Source of the DNA: a virus
IMG/VR virus record: IMGVR_UViG_3300036715_002570
Coordinates: 32,001 to 96,000 of that record
Strand: one strand, 5' to 3'
DNA: 64,000 bases
Positions 36,768 through 46,682 of the stretch are shown piece by piece. A model generated the notes under the pieces. The model was not told where the DNA came from and did no database searches. It saw nothing but the letters and a program-made list of their open reading frames with translations. Position numbers and translations under genes: made by a program. Positions within the stretch are counted from its first letter, which is position 1; the number at the start of each line of letters is the position of its first letter.

Positions 36768-37409
36768 ATGAGTCTAACCCAAACGTTAATGCAAATGCCT
36801 GACGCAGAGTTGGCGCTGCTAATAGCGCAATCCTCATCCAAGCACGCTGTCTTGGCGTCGTTAGGTTTCAAGTGTGAAGATTGGCGAGCTTACAAGTATT
36901 TAAGCCTGTTTATTGAGCGAAATCATGTTGATACCACTCATTTCAAATCTGCAGGCCGCCCCGTCAGGTATACGGTAGAGGAGGTTATCGATGCTGTGCA
37001 ACAGTGCACAAATATCTCACAAGTTCTACGAAAATTGGGGCTAAGTGAAGTGGGTGGAAATGCCCGGACAATCAAAAATCTGATTGAGAAACATCAGATT
37101 TCAACAGTGCACTTCACTTCAGCCAGGATTGGGGTTACGCGTTCCAGCGAAGACATTCTATGTAAAAATAGCACCGCATCTAGAACGGTGGTACGACATC
37201 ATATCATCGTGACAAAAGCCATTCCGCACGTATGTCAAATGTGCAATAATTCAGGGGTGTGGAACTCTACCAAGCTAACATTGGAACTAGACCACATCAA
37301 TGGTGATCGAACCAACAATGAAGTTTCAAATTTGAGATTCTTGTGCCCAAACTGTCATTCTCAAACACCAACATTTAGAGGAAAGAACAATACCGCGCGG
37401 GATGCATGA
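36768..37409 (+). CDS. HNH homing endonuclease (paralogue 3)
   Basis: LELDHINGDRTNNEVSNLRFLCPNCH; own late promoter. Confidence 0.9.
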   Translation: MSLTQTLMQMPDAELALLIAQSSSKHAVLASLGFKCEDWRAYKYLSLFIERNHVDTTHFKSAGRPVRYTVEEVIDAVQQCTNISQVLRKLGLSEVGGNARTIKNLIEKHQISTVHFTSARIGVTRSSEDILCKNSTASRTVVRHHIIVTKAIPHVCQMCNNSGVWNSTKLTLELDHINGDRTNNEVSNLRFLCPNCHSQTPTFRGKNNTARDA

Positions 37410-37459
37410 CCTCTCCAGATAAGAGAGTTGTAATGTGGGTTCGATTCCCACCGCTGGTA
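37401..37459 (+). pseudogene. 3' half of a disrupted tRNA whose 5' half is at 36571-36600
   Basis: CTCTC-CAGATAA-GAGAG, T-arm GTGGG-TTCGATT-CCCAC, CGCTGGT pairs with ACCAGCG at 36571. Confidence 0.7.
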
Positions 37460-37460
37460 C

Positions 37461-37800
37461 TTACTCTCGAGCGGCAACAGTTTCATTGTACTTGCGGCGG
37501 GTTTCTTCAGACCATGTCGTTCCAAGATGCGTTCCATCCTTCCCAAAGTTTGGATTCTTCTCGCCTAACTTGGTTTCTGCCAACTTTGCACGGTGTTCGT
37601 CAGTTCGAGGAGGGAGCTTTCGTCCCTTCAATGGCGACACCCTGCCTTTGAGTGGTGACACCTTTCCTACTCTAGCCTCCTTCATTCGTTGTTTGGTTTC
37701 CTCAGAACGCTTGACGCCCTTCTTGGCGTCATTGATACGCTGCTTGGTTTCCTCTGATAGAACTTTGTTATCTCCTCCTGTAGTTAAGCCGTCGTACAAA
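37461..37800 (-). pseudogene. NUMOD3 repeat remnant of a homing endonuclease
   Basis: SEETK.R...A..G repeats, GEKNPNFGK; no intact nuclease domain upstream. Confidence 0.6.
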
Positions 37801-38156
37801 CGATGGTCGGCAACGACGGCCGGTTGAAGAGCGTTGCAGGTAAGAAGGTCGTCAAGATCGCTGTCAATTTGTCGGCGGCAACGTCGACACCGATGTCGAA
37901 GGGTGATGACTGGTACTCGATGGCTGGTTGGTCTCCAACGGAACATCGTTGGAGACCGGCAATCCGCGACAAGTCGTCTGTTGTCGATCAATTGTCTGGT
38001 CCGTACCGGGGTGGAATGACCCAGTAACTTGTTGTCGTAAGACACAAAACTACGTAATATGGGAGGCTGCTTAGCACAGCCTCCCCCTGCATTTGGGGAT
38101 AGGGTTAGTGTTAAATCGACCCAATAAGTACGACAACAATAACTAAAAGGTACTAT

Positions 38157-39296
38157 ATGACACTAATCACATACTTAACAAAAGCATACAGGAAAGCTGT
38201 AGGTTGGTTTGTTACTAAGCGCGACAACCGAATCTGGGAAGAACGGCTCGCTTCAAAGCTAAAGCTGTTCACTGCGAACGACCATGCATGGGTTACCCCC
38301 GTGTTGCAGAATGAGATTGCGTTTATTCGCAGCTCGTTCTCGAACTACAAGTTCGACTCATCACAGCAGGCGCTGCAGACAGATGAAGTGGCAACAATGG
38401 TGTTTAATGCCACTGTGTACGCATGCTTGGAACTAGTCCCTCTGAGAGGACTAGTTAGTATTCAACCATTGCAAGGTCCCGTCGGATTGGTATACCGGGC
38501 GGCGTACAAGTATCAAGATCCCGCAGTACAGGACAGCCAGTCGCTCCACCTTGAAGTGCTCAAGCACGCCGTTGAGGCAAAGACTCACAAGCTGGCAGCA
38601 AGGTTTAATGTTGAGGCAGCACAAGACTTATTCGCGATCTACGGGATTGACATCGCAGACGGGATTGCACGAGCCCTTGGTGCTGAAGTTGCGTACGAGT
38701 TGATTGCAGAGGTCCTCTGTGATTTGAACAAGATCGCAACCCACCGTCAGACAGTATCAGGCCTGCCGCACGATGACAATGCGATCATGATCAACGCAGT
38801 TGCGAATACAATTGCATCAACTACCCGTCGCGGCGCGGGCAACTTTATCGTCACATCTCCAAGGGGCGTCGCTCTACTGCAATCTGTATCGAAGAGTGGC
38901 TATGTCAAAACACCGGACTCTGAGCAGACGCACACCTATGCGCTGAGGCAAGTCGGTACTCTCAACGGCCAAATGCGTGTGTACGTGTCAATGGTTGACA
39001 TGAACGATAGTTCACCAAACATTGAATACCTGATCGGATACAAGGGTCCTAGCGACGTTGATGCGGGATACGTCTTTAGCCCGTACAATCTAGTGGTATA
39101 TAGTGGCGCCACGATTGATCCGAATACATACACCCCAATGATCAACCTCATGACTCGGTACGGTAAGACGGGTATCCAGTGTGATCCAACGACATCGAGT
39201 GAATCTGCGGATTACTACGGAGTGGTCACGGTTGAGGATGTATCGTACGCTGTCCCTGTTCCTGCGGTTGACTTACCCGCATGGGTTAGAAGATAG
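38157..39296 (+). CDS. divergent major capsid protein (gp23-like) paralogue
   Basis: VSIQPL.GPVGLVY, EAAQDL.A.YGID, TRRGAGNF, GYKG.S..DAG..F.PY, MTRYG. Confidence 0.85.
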   Translation: MTLITYLTKAYRKAVGWFVTKRDNRIWEERLASKLKLFTANDHAWVTPVLQNEIAFIRSSFSNYKFDSSQQALQTDEVATMVFNATVYACLELVPLRGLVSIQPLQGPVGLVYRAAYKYQDPAVQDSQSLHLEVLKHAVEAKTHKLAARFNVEAAQDLFAIYGIDIADGIARALGAEVAYELIAEVLCDLNKIATHRQTVSGLPHDDNAIMINAVANTIASTTRRGAGNFIVTSPRGVALLQSVSKSGYVKTPDSEQTHTYALRQVGTLNGQMRVYVSMVDMNDSSPNIEYLIGYKGPSDVDAGYVFSPYNLVVYSGATIDPNTYTPMINLMTRYGKTGIQCDPTTSSESADYYGVVTVEDVSYAVPVPAVDLPAWVRR

Positions 39297-39340
39297 TCCC
39301 GTCGCTTGTGAAAGCACAACATACCTATAAGGAAACAATC

Positions 39341-39532
39341 ATGTCATTCACGTTCACCGCCGTTGGCACCCGAGCCACAATTCCTGCTGGCAAGCAGATC
39401 ATCAAGAACGGTACACCTGCACGTCAGACTCGTCCAAGCGAAGTCACGATCGTCAAGGCTGAACCAGCCCGCCGTGGCAAGACCCGGATCTACTGGAAGT
39501 CAATGGGTTACCTGAACTCTACTCTGGTCTAA
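39341..39532 (+). CDS. small basic protein
   Basis: TAAGGA RBS, followed by a terminator at ~39550-39575. Confidence 0.6.
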   Translation: MSFTFTAVGTRATIPAGKQIIKNGTPARQTRPSEVTIVKAEPARRGKTRIYWKSMGYLNSTLV

Positions 39533-39631
39533 TACGCCAGAACACCAATAAAAGCCGCCGCTGCGCGGCTTTTTGCATATCTGGAGAGACGGAATGGTGA
39601 CGGAGACAGAACGCAATGGATAAGTAGGTGT

Positions 39632-40330
39632 ATAAACTACACTAAAATTTACCAGTCGCTCGTAACTCGAGCCAAGAATCGACCACCGCTGACTACGTAT
39701 GTTGAACGTCATCACATTCTCCCGAAGTGCATGGGTGGTTCAGATAACCTGGTTGATCTTACACAACAAGAACACTTTGTTGCTCATCAACTGCTGGTGA
39801 AAATGCACCCAGAACGTCCGTCGTTAATTTGGGCATTAGCCTGTATAATGGGCGGAGAGCGTCGAAACAACAAATATTATGGTTGGATCCGAACGTGTTT
39901 TGCTGTAGAAATGAGCAAACCAAAGTCTGTAGAAACTCGGCGTAAGATGAGTGAGTATTGGTCTGCTTATCGTAAAGCCAACCCCGTATCTGATGAAGAA
40001 CGACAACGGATGCGTGAGCGAAATCTTGGCAAAAAACTTTCCGCTGAAACCAAGGCTAAATGCAGTGCAGTGCACAAAGGTAAGGTATTCTCAGAGGAGC
40101 ATCGAGAGAATATAGGTAAGGCACGACGTGGCAAGAAAATGCCGCCAAAGACCGAAGAATATAAACAAATGCAACGTGTTTGGGCGGAGCGTAAAGCAGC
40201 TGGGGTTGCACGAGGGCCTCACATTAAACGAAGTGCTGAGGAGCTGCGCATTTATAAGCGTGAGCTTGCCCGACAACAGCGCGCTCGTAAGAAAGCTGCA
40301 CAAGTACAAATTGAGGTATCTGATGATTGA
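39632..40330 (+). CDS. HNH endonuclease with NUMOD3 repeats; apparent start codon is ATA
   Basis: INYTKIY..L..RAK.R...E.HHILPKCMGG...LT..EHFVAH.LL. Confidence 0.7.
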   Translation: MNYTKIYQSLVTRAKNRPPLTTYVERHHILPKCMGGSDNLVDLTQQEHFVAHQLLVKMHPERPSLIWALACIMGGERRNNKYYGWIRTCFAVEMSKPKSVETRRKMSEYWSAYRKANPVSDEERQRMRERNLGKKLSAETKAKCSAVHKGKVFSEEHRENIGKARRGKKMPPKTEEYKQMQRVWAERKAAGVARGPHIKRSAEELRIYKRELARQQRARKKAAQVQIEVSDD

Positions 40331-40793
40331 AACGGAACGTAAGTTTTTGGTCACAAACGACGGCTGGAAGAAAGCTTCAGCTAAGAAGATCAAGATCAGG
40401 CAAGGCTATCTGGCAAAGTCCAAAGGGATCACAGTCCGAGTACGTATTGCCAACGAAAAGGCATTCATCACGGTCAAGGGAAAGCGTGTCAATCTCTCTT
40501 GTCCGGAGTATGAATACGAGATCCCTCTCGTTGACGCGGAAGAAATGATCACGATGAGTGTCACCCTTCTGATCGAGAAGACACGCTACCTAGTGTTCGT
40601 CAACGGGATTAAGTGGGAGATCGACGTTTTTAAGGGCGTCAACGCCGGTCTGGTAATGGCGGAGGTTGAATTCGATGAAGGTGTGGCACCTACGCTCGGT
40701 CAGTTGCCAACATGGGTTGGCACAGAAGTGTCATACGACAAGCGTTATACCAACGTATACATCGCGGAGCATGTTGTACCCCATTCTCTTTGA
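40323..40793 (+). CDS. CYTH domain protein
   Basis: ETERKFLV, IRQGYL, VRVR, EYEYEIP, IEKTRY, WEIDVF, AEVEF. Confidence 0.92.
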   Translation: MIETERKFLVTNDGWKKASAKKIKIRQGYLAKSKGITVRVRIANEKAFITVKGKRVNLSCPEYEYEIPLVDAEEMITMSVTLLIEKTRYLVFVNGIKWEIDVFKGVNAGLVMAEVEFDEGVAPTLGQLPTWVGTEVSYDKRYTNVYIAEHVVPHSL

Positions 40794-41058
40794 CCCTTGT
40801 ATAAACCGGTCTATCGTTGTAGACTTGCGGCACTTTGACAGACCGGGAGATCACAATGGCACACTTTCACCGGGACGAGCGGGGCTTGCTCGTCAAATGC
40901 TACCACGAGTCGAAGTCCCAACTTCGCTCCCTTAGCTTTTGGGTTGGGATCACGATCTCATTCCCAATAGAACACTTTATCTGGGAGCATATACCACCTT
41001 TCTCCTGGATCACGCAATCACTAGGGTTGTGAGTGCGGTTATACACAAGAAGAACATC

Positions 41059-41514
41059 ATGACACAACGAATGATCAAGTTTCCGAGCATCAGTCAATTC
41101 CGCAACGTTGTGCACACGGTTGTTAGCCGTGCCCAGTACGTTGGTAAGGATGAGAACGTCGAACCCGTGTTCGACGAAGCAAAGCCGCTGCCTGTCCTGC
41201 CATTTCAAGGCACAACCAAGCTGCACGGGTGCGTTCACGCAGATACTCTGATCACGCTTGCTGATGGATCACGTGAACGGATCAAGGACGTTGTACCGGG
41301 GACATCGGTTCTATCGTACGATGAACACACGCAGCAAATTGTGGTTGATGTTGTGGATTCAGTCATCGTTCAAGAGTTGGACAAGCCTTGGATTGAGTTA
41401 AGTTTCAACAACGGCACTACTCTAAAGTGCACAGTAGACCATCCTCTGCTTACCACGGAAGGTTGGGTTGCGGCCGAAGATATTACCGAAGACCATCAAT
41501 TAATCATCGATTAA
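41059..41514 (+). CDS. RNA ligase N-extein plus split intein N-part (Int-N 41230-41511)
   Basis: KFPSI.QF...GTTKLHG|CVHADTLITLADG...LKCTVDHPLLT.EGWV.AE. Confidence 0.88.
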   Translation: MTQRMIKFPSISQFRNVVHTVVSRAQYVGKDENVEPVFDEAKPLPVLPFQGTTKLHGCVHADTLITLADGSRERIKDVVPGTSVLSYDEHTQQIVVDVVDSVIVQELDKPWIELSFNNGTTLKCTVDHPLLTTEGWVAAEDITEDHQLIID

Positions 41515-41550
41515 CCACCAACTTGGCATAAATGTCTCTACATTGGTTTC

Positions 41551-42399
41551 ATGGAGATATTTATGACAGTAACAGAGACGTGGTTTCAGGGCAAGCGGAG
41601 CATGGATAGGTGCTTGTGTGAAAATTGTGGTGCACAATATATTCAGCGATCTTGTGACACCAGGACACGGCGCGCACGAAAATTGTCAGAGGGATTAGAT
41701 TTGTGTGCCGATTGTACTAAGATGCGACACACAGCCGCTTTGGTTGCAAATGGAATTCGAGCCTTGCGAAAGCGTACCCCTGAGCAGAGAAAACAAGATG
41801 CAGCCAATGCTGGCAGGATTTCAGCGCAGAAGCACGACCCTGCTAAAAGCAGTCGTTTTACAAATGAGCGTTGGAACCAACTTACCCGAGAAGAACAACA
41901 ACGGCGTGTCAAAAAAGCTAGTGCAGCATCTCACGAATTGCTAAAGGACCCCGTCCACGCAGCAGCTCGATATGCAAAAATCTTTGCACAAGCACAATTA
42001 GGCTACATGTCCAAGGCTCATGCTCAATTGCATGGGTTAATAGAACAATATGGTTTTGAAAGTCACGTTCAAATCAGCGCCATGCAGGTGGATGAATGTA
42101 ACCGACAGTTAAAGATTGTTGTTGAATATAATGGTGATATGTGGCACTGTAATCCAAAAACGTGGCGAGCTGACCAATATAACACTATCATTAAGATGAC
42201 AGCCGGTGAAAAATGGGCCAAGGACCGAGCGCGATATGCTTTCTTACGTAGAGCTGGATACACAGTAATTGTCATCTGGGAAAGTGGTTGGAAATTAGAC
42301 CCACAAAAATACATCGATAGAATAAAGGATACGTATGATGAAATTAGTAAGCAAAAAGAGCATTCAGAGAGAAACGTGCTACGACCTGTCAGTACATAA
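41551..42399 (+). CDS. free-standing DUF559/Vsr-like endonuclease
   Basis: QVDE...KIVVEYNGD.WH, D..R...L...GY.V.VIWE; promoter CATAAATG at 41527. Confidence 0.8.
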   Translation: MEIFMTVTETWFQGKRSMDRCLCENCGAQYIQRSCDTRTRRARKLSEGLDLCADCTKMRHTAALVANGIRALRKRTPEQRKQDAANAGRISAQKHDPAKSSRFTNERWNQLTREEQQRRVKKASAASHELLKDPVHAAARYAKIFAQAQLGYMSKAHAQLHGLIEQYGFESHVQISAMQVDECNRQLKIVVEYNGDMWHCNPKTWRADQYNTIIKMTAGEKWAKDRARYAFLRRAGYTVIVIWESGWKLDPQKYIDRIKDTYDEISKQKEHSERNVLRPVST

Positions 42400-43366
42400 T
42401 CATCACAACTTTTTTGCCAACGGTATTTGTGTTCACAATACGAACGCTGCCGTAGCACACCAAGCAGGGACTACGTGGTGTCAATCTCGTGATAACATCA
42501 TTACGATGATGTCGGACAATGCTGGCTTTGCGACGTGGGTCCACTCGCAGCGCGAGTTGTTTGACTGGATGTTCTCGTACCTAAAGGCCGTCCTCAACCC
42601 AACGGATGACCAGGCGATCATGATCTTCGGTGAATGGTGTGGTGGCAGCATTCAAAAGAGCGTCGGGCTGAACCAGCTGCCGAAGATGTTCGTGGTGTTC
42701 AACATCGCCGTCGTTGATGCAGAGGGTGAGAAGGTATGGCATGGTCGACATCTGATCCCCGCCCTGTTCGATGAGATCGAGCTCCAAGGTAAGGCCATTC
42801 CCGCCCTCAAGAATACGTATCAATTTGAGACGTTCGGTATTGAGATCGACTTTGCCCGCGCATATGCAGCTCAGGAACCGTTGGCTGCAATGACGCTCGA
42901 AGTTGAGAAGGTATGCCCTGTCGCCAAGGCCCTCGGCGCTGTTCCCAATGATAAGGGAATAATCGTCGGTGAAGGGATTGTTTGGATATGCACTCACCCT
43001 GACTATCAAGATAGCAGCTATTGGTTCAAGGTGAAGGGCGACGAGCACGCTCCGAAGACAAAGGTCAAGACGCTGGCTGCGGCAGACGTTGTCCGCCTGG
43101 ACTCGATCAACGAGCTTGCGGATTTGCTGTGCCCGACGTGGCGTCTGGAACAGATGTACGAGCAAACGTTCAACACGTTGAATGGCGGTAAGCCAGACAT
43201 CAAGAGGACGGGCGAGTTCATCCGTGCAATGATGGCCGACATCGTCAAAGAGTGTTCCGATGATGTTGCGGCGTCCGGGTTTACCATGAAAGACATTAGT
43301 GGGCGCGTCAGTAAGCACGCACGAGACTATTTGATCAATCAACTGAACGCAGAAGCATTCGGTTGA
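42335..43366 (+). CDS. split intein C-part (42335-42439) plus RNA ligase C-extein (Rnl2-like)
   Basis: YDLSV..HHNFFANGICVHN|TNAA; FGEWCG..IQK, GEGIVW, FKVKG, ADIVKE. Confidence 0.88.
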   Translation: MMKLVSKKSIQRETCYDLSVHNHHNFFANGICVHNTNAAVAHQAGTTWCQSRDNIITMMSDNAGFATWVHSQRELFDWMFSYLKAVLNPTDDQAIMIFGEWCGGSIQKSVGLNQLPKMFVVFNIAVVDAEGEKVWHGRHLIPALFDEIELQGKAIPALKNTYQFETFGIEIDFARAYAAQEPLAAMTLEVEKVCPVAKALGAVPNDKGIIVGEGIVWICTHPDYQDSSYWFKVKGDEHAPKTKVKTLAAADVVRLDSINELADLLCPTWRLEQMYEQTFNTLNGGKPDIKRTGEFIRAMMADIVKECSDDVAASGFTMKDISGRVSKHARDYLINQLNAEAFG

Positions 43367-43424
43367 TCCCGTTTTAGGGGTTCAATAAGATTGCGTCATC
43401 TCTAACTCAATGAGAACACCCAAC

Positions 43425-43997
43425 ATGAAACCGTTGTTCGTCGACGCTGCCAAAGCACCGTCAATCTCTCAACTCCACGAGCAGACGTCCGTGCCGTATC
43501 CGCACAGCACGGAACTGGCCGTCCAACCTACAACTCCTGTGCGAGCGATCTCAATGTCCGACATCGACAAAGTCGGGCAGCAGACCGAGGTTCGTGTAGG
43601 TGCCACAACCAAGAAGATTCTGGATGGTGCCAAGACAAACGACGCGGGCGAGTTCGGCACCAAGCTGAACGTCCTGATCGCCACAACCAAGGAGCTGAAC
43701 CCGAAGACGATGGGTAAGCAAGGGCTGCTGTCCAAGCTCGTCCACTTCGGCGGCTCTGTCAAGGAGCGGATGTTGTCGGAGTTCGAAAGCGTGACCAAGC
43801 GCATCGAGACGCTGGTCGCAGAACTCGACCGCACGGCTACCCTGGCTGAACAGCGTGCTGACCAGTGCGATGCGCTGTTCGAGGAGAACTACCAGACGTT
43901 CCGCCAACTGGACATCGACAAAGCCACGCTCGCTTCGATGGTTGCCGAACTCAACGCACAACTCGCCAGCCTGCCGCAGGTTTCTTCGCACGGATGA
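43425..43997 (+). CDS. toxic anion resistance (TelA-like) protein, apparently truncated
   Basis: G.KL..L......L.P....K.GL.SKL......F..V...I..L...L coiled-coil pattern; stops early. Confidence 0.6.
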   Translation: MKPLFVDAAKAPSISQLHEQTSVPYPHSTELAVQPTTPVRAISMSDIDKVGQQTEVRVGATTKKILDGAKTNDAGEFGTKLNVLIATTKELNPKTMGKQGLLSKLVHFGGSVKERMLSEFESVTKRIETLVAELDRTATLAEQRADQCDALFEENYQTFRQLDIDKATLASMVAELNAQLASLPQVSSHG

Positions 43998-44916
43998 CGC
44001 AGGACGCCCCCGTCGATCCGAGCACGTTCCGTCCCCGCTTGACCCTGATGGCTACTCGCTTGCCTACAATCCTGGCGGAGTGCGAAGACCATGCGGAGAA
44101 GTGCAAGGCGAACCAGCGTGACATGGCGCTCAAGCTCGCCGTGCTGGTTGCCGCTGTCGACAGTGCAGGGACGATTTCTGACAACACCCTTGATTCGGCA
44201 ATCTACAATCGCCGTCAACTGCTCCAGCAGGGGTGTATGCAGTCCAAACTGATCGTCCAGCAACTGGAAGCGAATATGCAGGCGATCATCGACCTGCGTA
44301 CCGCCGTCGATCAAATGCTGAACATCACCCTTCCGCAGTTCGAGGCGGCCCGAACCCGCAGTTGACTCTTACCCCAATTGCGAGTAAGATGCCCGCATCA
44401 ACAACGAGCTGAGGATTCTCACTATGATCAAGTCCACGATTCTGCCGCAAGTGATGGATCGCCTGGAAACCGTGACGTTCGACGTGAACAACCGTGAACA
44501 CCTCGAAGCGTTCCGCATGCTGACCGATCGTCGCAACTCGCGCCAACATCCCCGTCTCCGCTTCCGACTGGAACACCCGTACATTGACGTCCGTGCGATG
44601 CTGTACGACAAGGTCGGCCAAGCGTTCCTTGCTTCGCAAGGACTCACTGCCTGAAATGTCAACCTTCTACGACACTGCAGATCGACACTGCAGTCGAAAG
44701 AAGCGGTAATCGGGTTGCTCATATATACCAGCATGAGCACAAAAGATCTTGAACAAGTCAAGTTAGCAGCTACCGTGGCACGCCTGGAAAAGGTTGTCTC
44801 GGCGCTGCTAATCCGCGTTGCGACCCTGGAAAAAGAGACAAAGCGCCTGCGCGGGAGCGTCGGACGTGCTACAGACCAAGTCGGCTACTTAGACCGACGT
44901 ACACAGGGGAAATAAG

Positions 44917-45303
44917 ATGTGGTTGACATTATTACGCATGTGGTGGAAGCCAATTGCAGCCGTACTTTTGATCGTCGCGGTCTATGGCTATTGGGCTCAT
45001 CTCGAGAGCACAATTGAAGGGCAGCAGAAGACGATCGTCACTCTGCAAACATCCGTTGCAACGCTGCAAGCCAACAACGAGAAGCTGAACGCAACCGTAC
45101 AAGCCAACAGCGACGCTGTTGTTAAGCTGGCGGAAGGCACGCAGCAAACCGTTCAGGGGTTTGCTGCGCTGCAGAACACCGTCACTGCACGTACTGGCAC
45201 ATTGCAATCGCAGTTGCGTGGTATCTTGGCTGAAAAGAAGCCACAGACTTGTGATGACACGATCAAGTATCTGATCGACGCGGCACAAGGATACCACAAA
45301 TGA
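44917..45303 (+). CDS. i-spanin (Rz-like)
   Basis: N-terminal TM followed by coiled coil, Cys near C-terminus. Confidence 0.75.
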   Translation: MWLTLLRMWWKPIAAVLLIVAVYGYWAHLESTIEGQQKTIVTLQTSVATLQANNEKLNATVQANSDAVVKLAEGTQQTVQGFAALQNTVTARTGTLQSQLRGILAEKKPQTCDDTIKYLIDAAQGYHK

Positions 45304-45686
45304 AAACCCATCTGATTGCTCTATGCATGTGTTTAGCAATTGCTGGTTGCAGTACGCTTCCGGCACACGATCATGTTGTCGTTGCTGATAAGCCGGTAGC
45401 GGTAATCCCCGCGCCACCGGAAACGCCGAAATTCGTCTCCCAAGTTGATAAGCTAGTTCCTACTGACGCTGCCGATCCTGGCAAGGTGGGGGTCGCGTAC
45501 AAATACGACATGACAGCGCTTCGTGAGATCAATTCGATTCTCGAAGCGATCATCGATCAGTACCGTTCCGGATCTGCGAACTTCGACAAAGTGAACGCAC
45601 AAATCACAGCACTTTACCAGCACGTCAACGGTAATCCTGCTGTTGCTCCTGCAACTCCCGCTTCCGCTGCATCTGCCCCGCGTTGA
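45300..45686 (+). CDS. o-spanin lipoprotein (Rz1-like)
   Basis: Lipobox IAGC, Pro-rich, overlaps i-spanin stop. Confidence 0.75.
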   Translation: MKTHLIALCMCLAIAGCSTLPAHDHVVVADKPVAVIPAPPETPKFVSQVDKLVPTDAADPGKVGVAYKYDMTALREINSILEAIIDQYRSGSANFDKVNAQITALYQHVNGNPAVAPATPASAASAPR

Positions 45687-45738
45687 CAAAACGGGGAAAA
45701 TTGGGGTATGATTATTTACCCTAATTCAGGAGATTGTC

Positions 45739-46368
45739 ATGAGTTGGTTTTGGTTTAGCAAGAAAAAGCCCCCCGAGTACGACTACTGGTCTGATGCCGA
45801 GTTGGGTGTGCCGGACCCACAGTACACGCTGGCTGAAATGGCGGCTATCGATGGCAAGGTACAGCCGTGGATGTTGTATCTGTTGGAGCACAACACCCCG
45901 TGCTTCGACGACCGTTACCCGCAGTCGGATGAGCGCCATTACTTGGGCGGGCCGCCGCGTGCACCGATCATGGCCTACCTGAAGGCACATCCGCATACGT
46001 CGTTGAATAGCACGTCTCTGCTGATTCATCTGACGACCGGGGAGGCGCAAGCCGAGCGAGAACTTGAGGAGCGTGAGCGGGTCTGCGGCTCGTACGGGAT
46101 GTCCGCTGAAGAACGCGCAGAGGTGCTCGCCCGCCGTGCGGCCGAGATCATGTGGATGCTCGGACAGGCGGACGATGCTTCCGATATCCAATTCCGGATG
46201 ATGCTCGCTGAAGGTGACAACAAGCGGGCGGTTGCACGACAGTTGGAGAACATTCGCACTGCAATCGATCGCAGCGCAGTTGGTGCGAACGCGTTGGATC
46301 TTGCAAAGCAGCATCCTGTGATCACGGCTGTTCTGGCAGAGCTTGCGATCAATGCACTGAAACGCTGA
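45739..46368 (+). CDS. hypothetical early protein
   Basis: TTGACA-N18-TATGAT upstream, AGGAG RBS. Confidence 0.6.
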   Translation: MSWFWFSKKKPPEYDYWSDAELGVPDPQYTLAEMAAIDGKVQPWMLYLLEHNTPCFDDRYPQSDERHYLGGPPRAPIMAYLKAHPHTSLNSTSLLIHLTTGEAQAERELEERERVCGSYGMSAEERAEVLARRAAEIMWMLGQADDASDIQFRMMLAEGDNKRAVARQLENIRTAIDRSAVGANALDLAKQHPVITAVLAELAINALKR

Positions 46369-46403
46369 CGCCATAAATACGCCACACAAGGGAGTGGCGT
46401 ATT

Positions 46404-46682
46404 ATGGTGTTACAGGATCTGCTGGAGGCAAAGGGTGAGTTTGAAACCTTGAAGGACAACAAGGTAGCTCTGACACCTGAAGAACGTAAGCAGTGTCTGG
46501 ATCAAGACGCCGTATGGCATCATGGCCAAAACGGTGCACCATCGCCTGCCGTCTGGAAGTCTGTCAATCCACGATCGAAGAAGGTGACTTACGTCACCAA
46601 CACCCATCGTGCATACAATACAGCTCCAACGCTAAAAGGTGCTATTCGCCGCTTCCATGAGTTCATTAAGGACACAGCATGA
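46404..46682 (+). CDS. late protein
   Basis: MVLQDLLEA N-terminus, late promoter. Confidence 0.65.
   Translation: MVLQDLLEAKGEFETLKDNKVALTPEERKQCLDQDAVWHHGQNGAPSPAVWKSVNPRSKKVTYVTNTHRAYNTAPTLKGAIRRFHEFIKDTA

Noticed and set aside
37411-37427. Anticodon arm of a tRNA-Ile(GAT)
   Set aside because: Position 33 would be A rather than U, and the hairpin matches the variable arm of the neighbouring Ile(TAT) tRNA
39632-39634. Deliberate AUA initiation linked to tRNA-Ile(UAU)
   Set aside because: An elongator tRNA would not initiate; a mutated ATG in a decaying homing endonuclease is more likely
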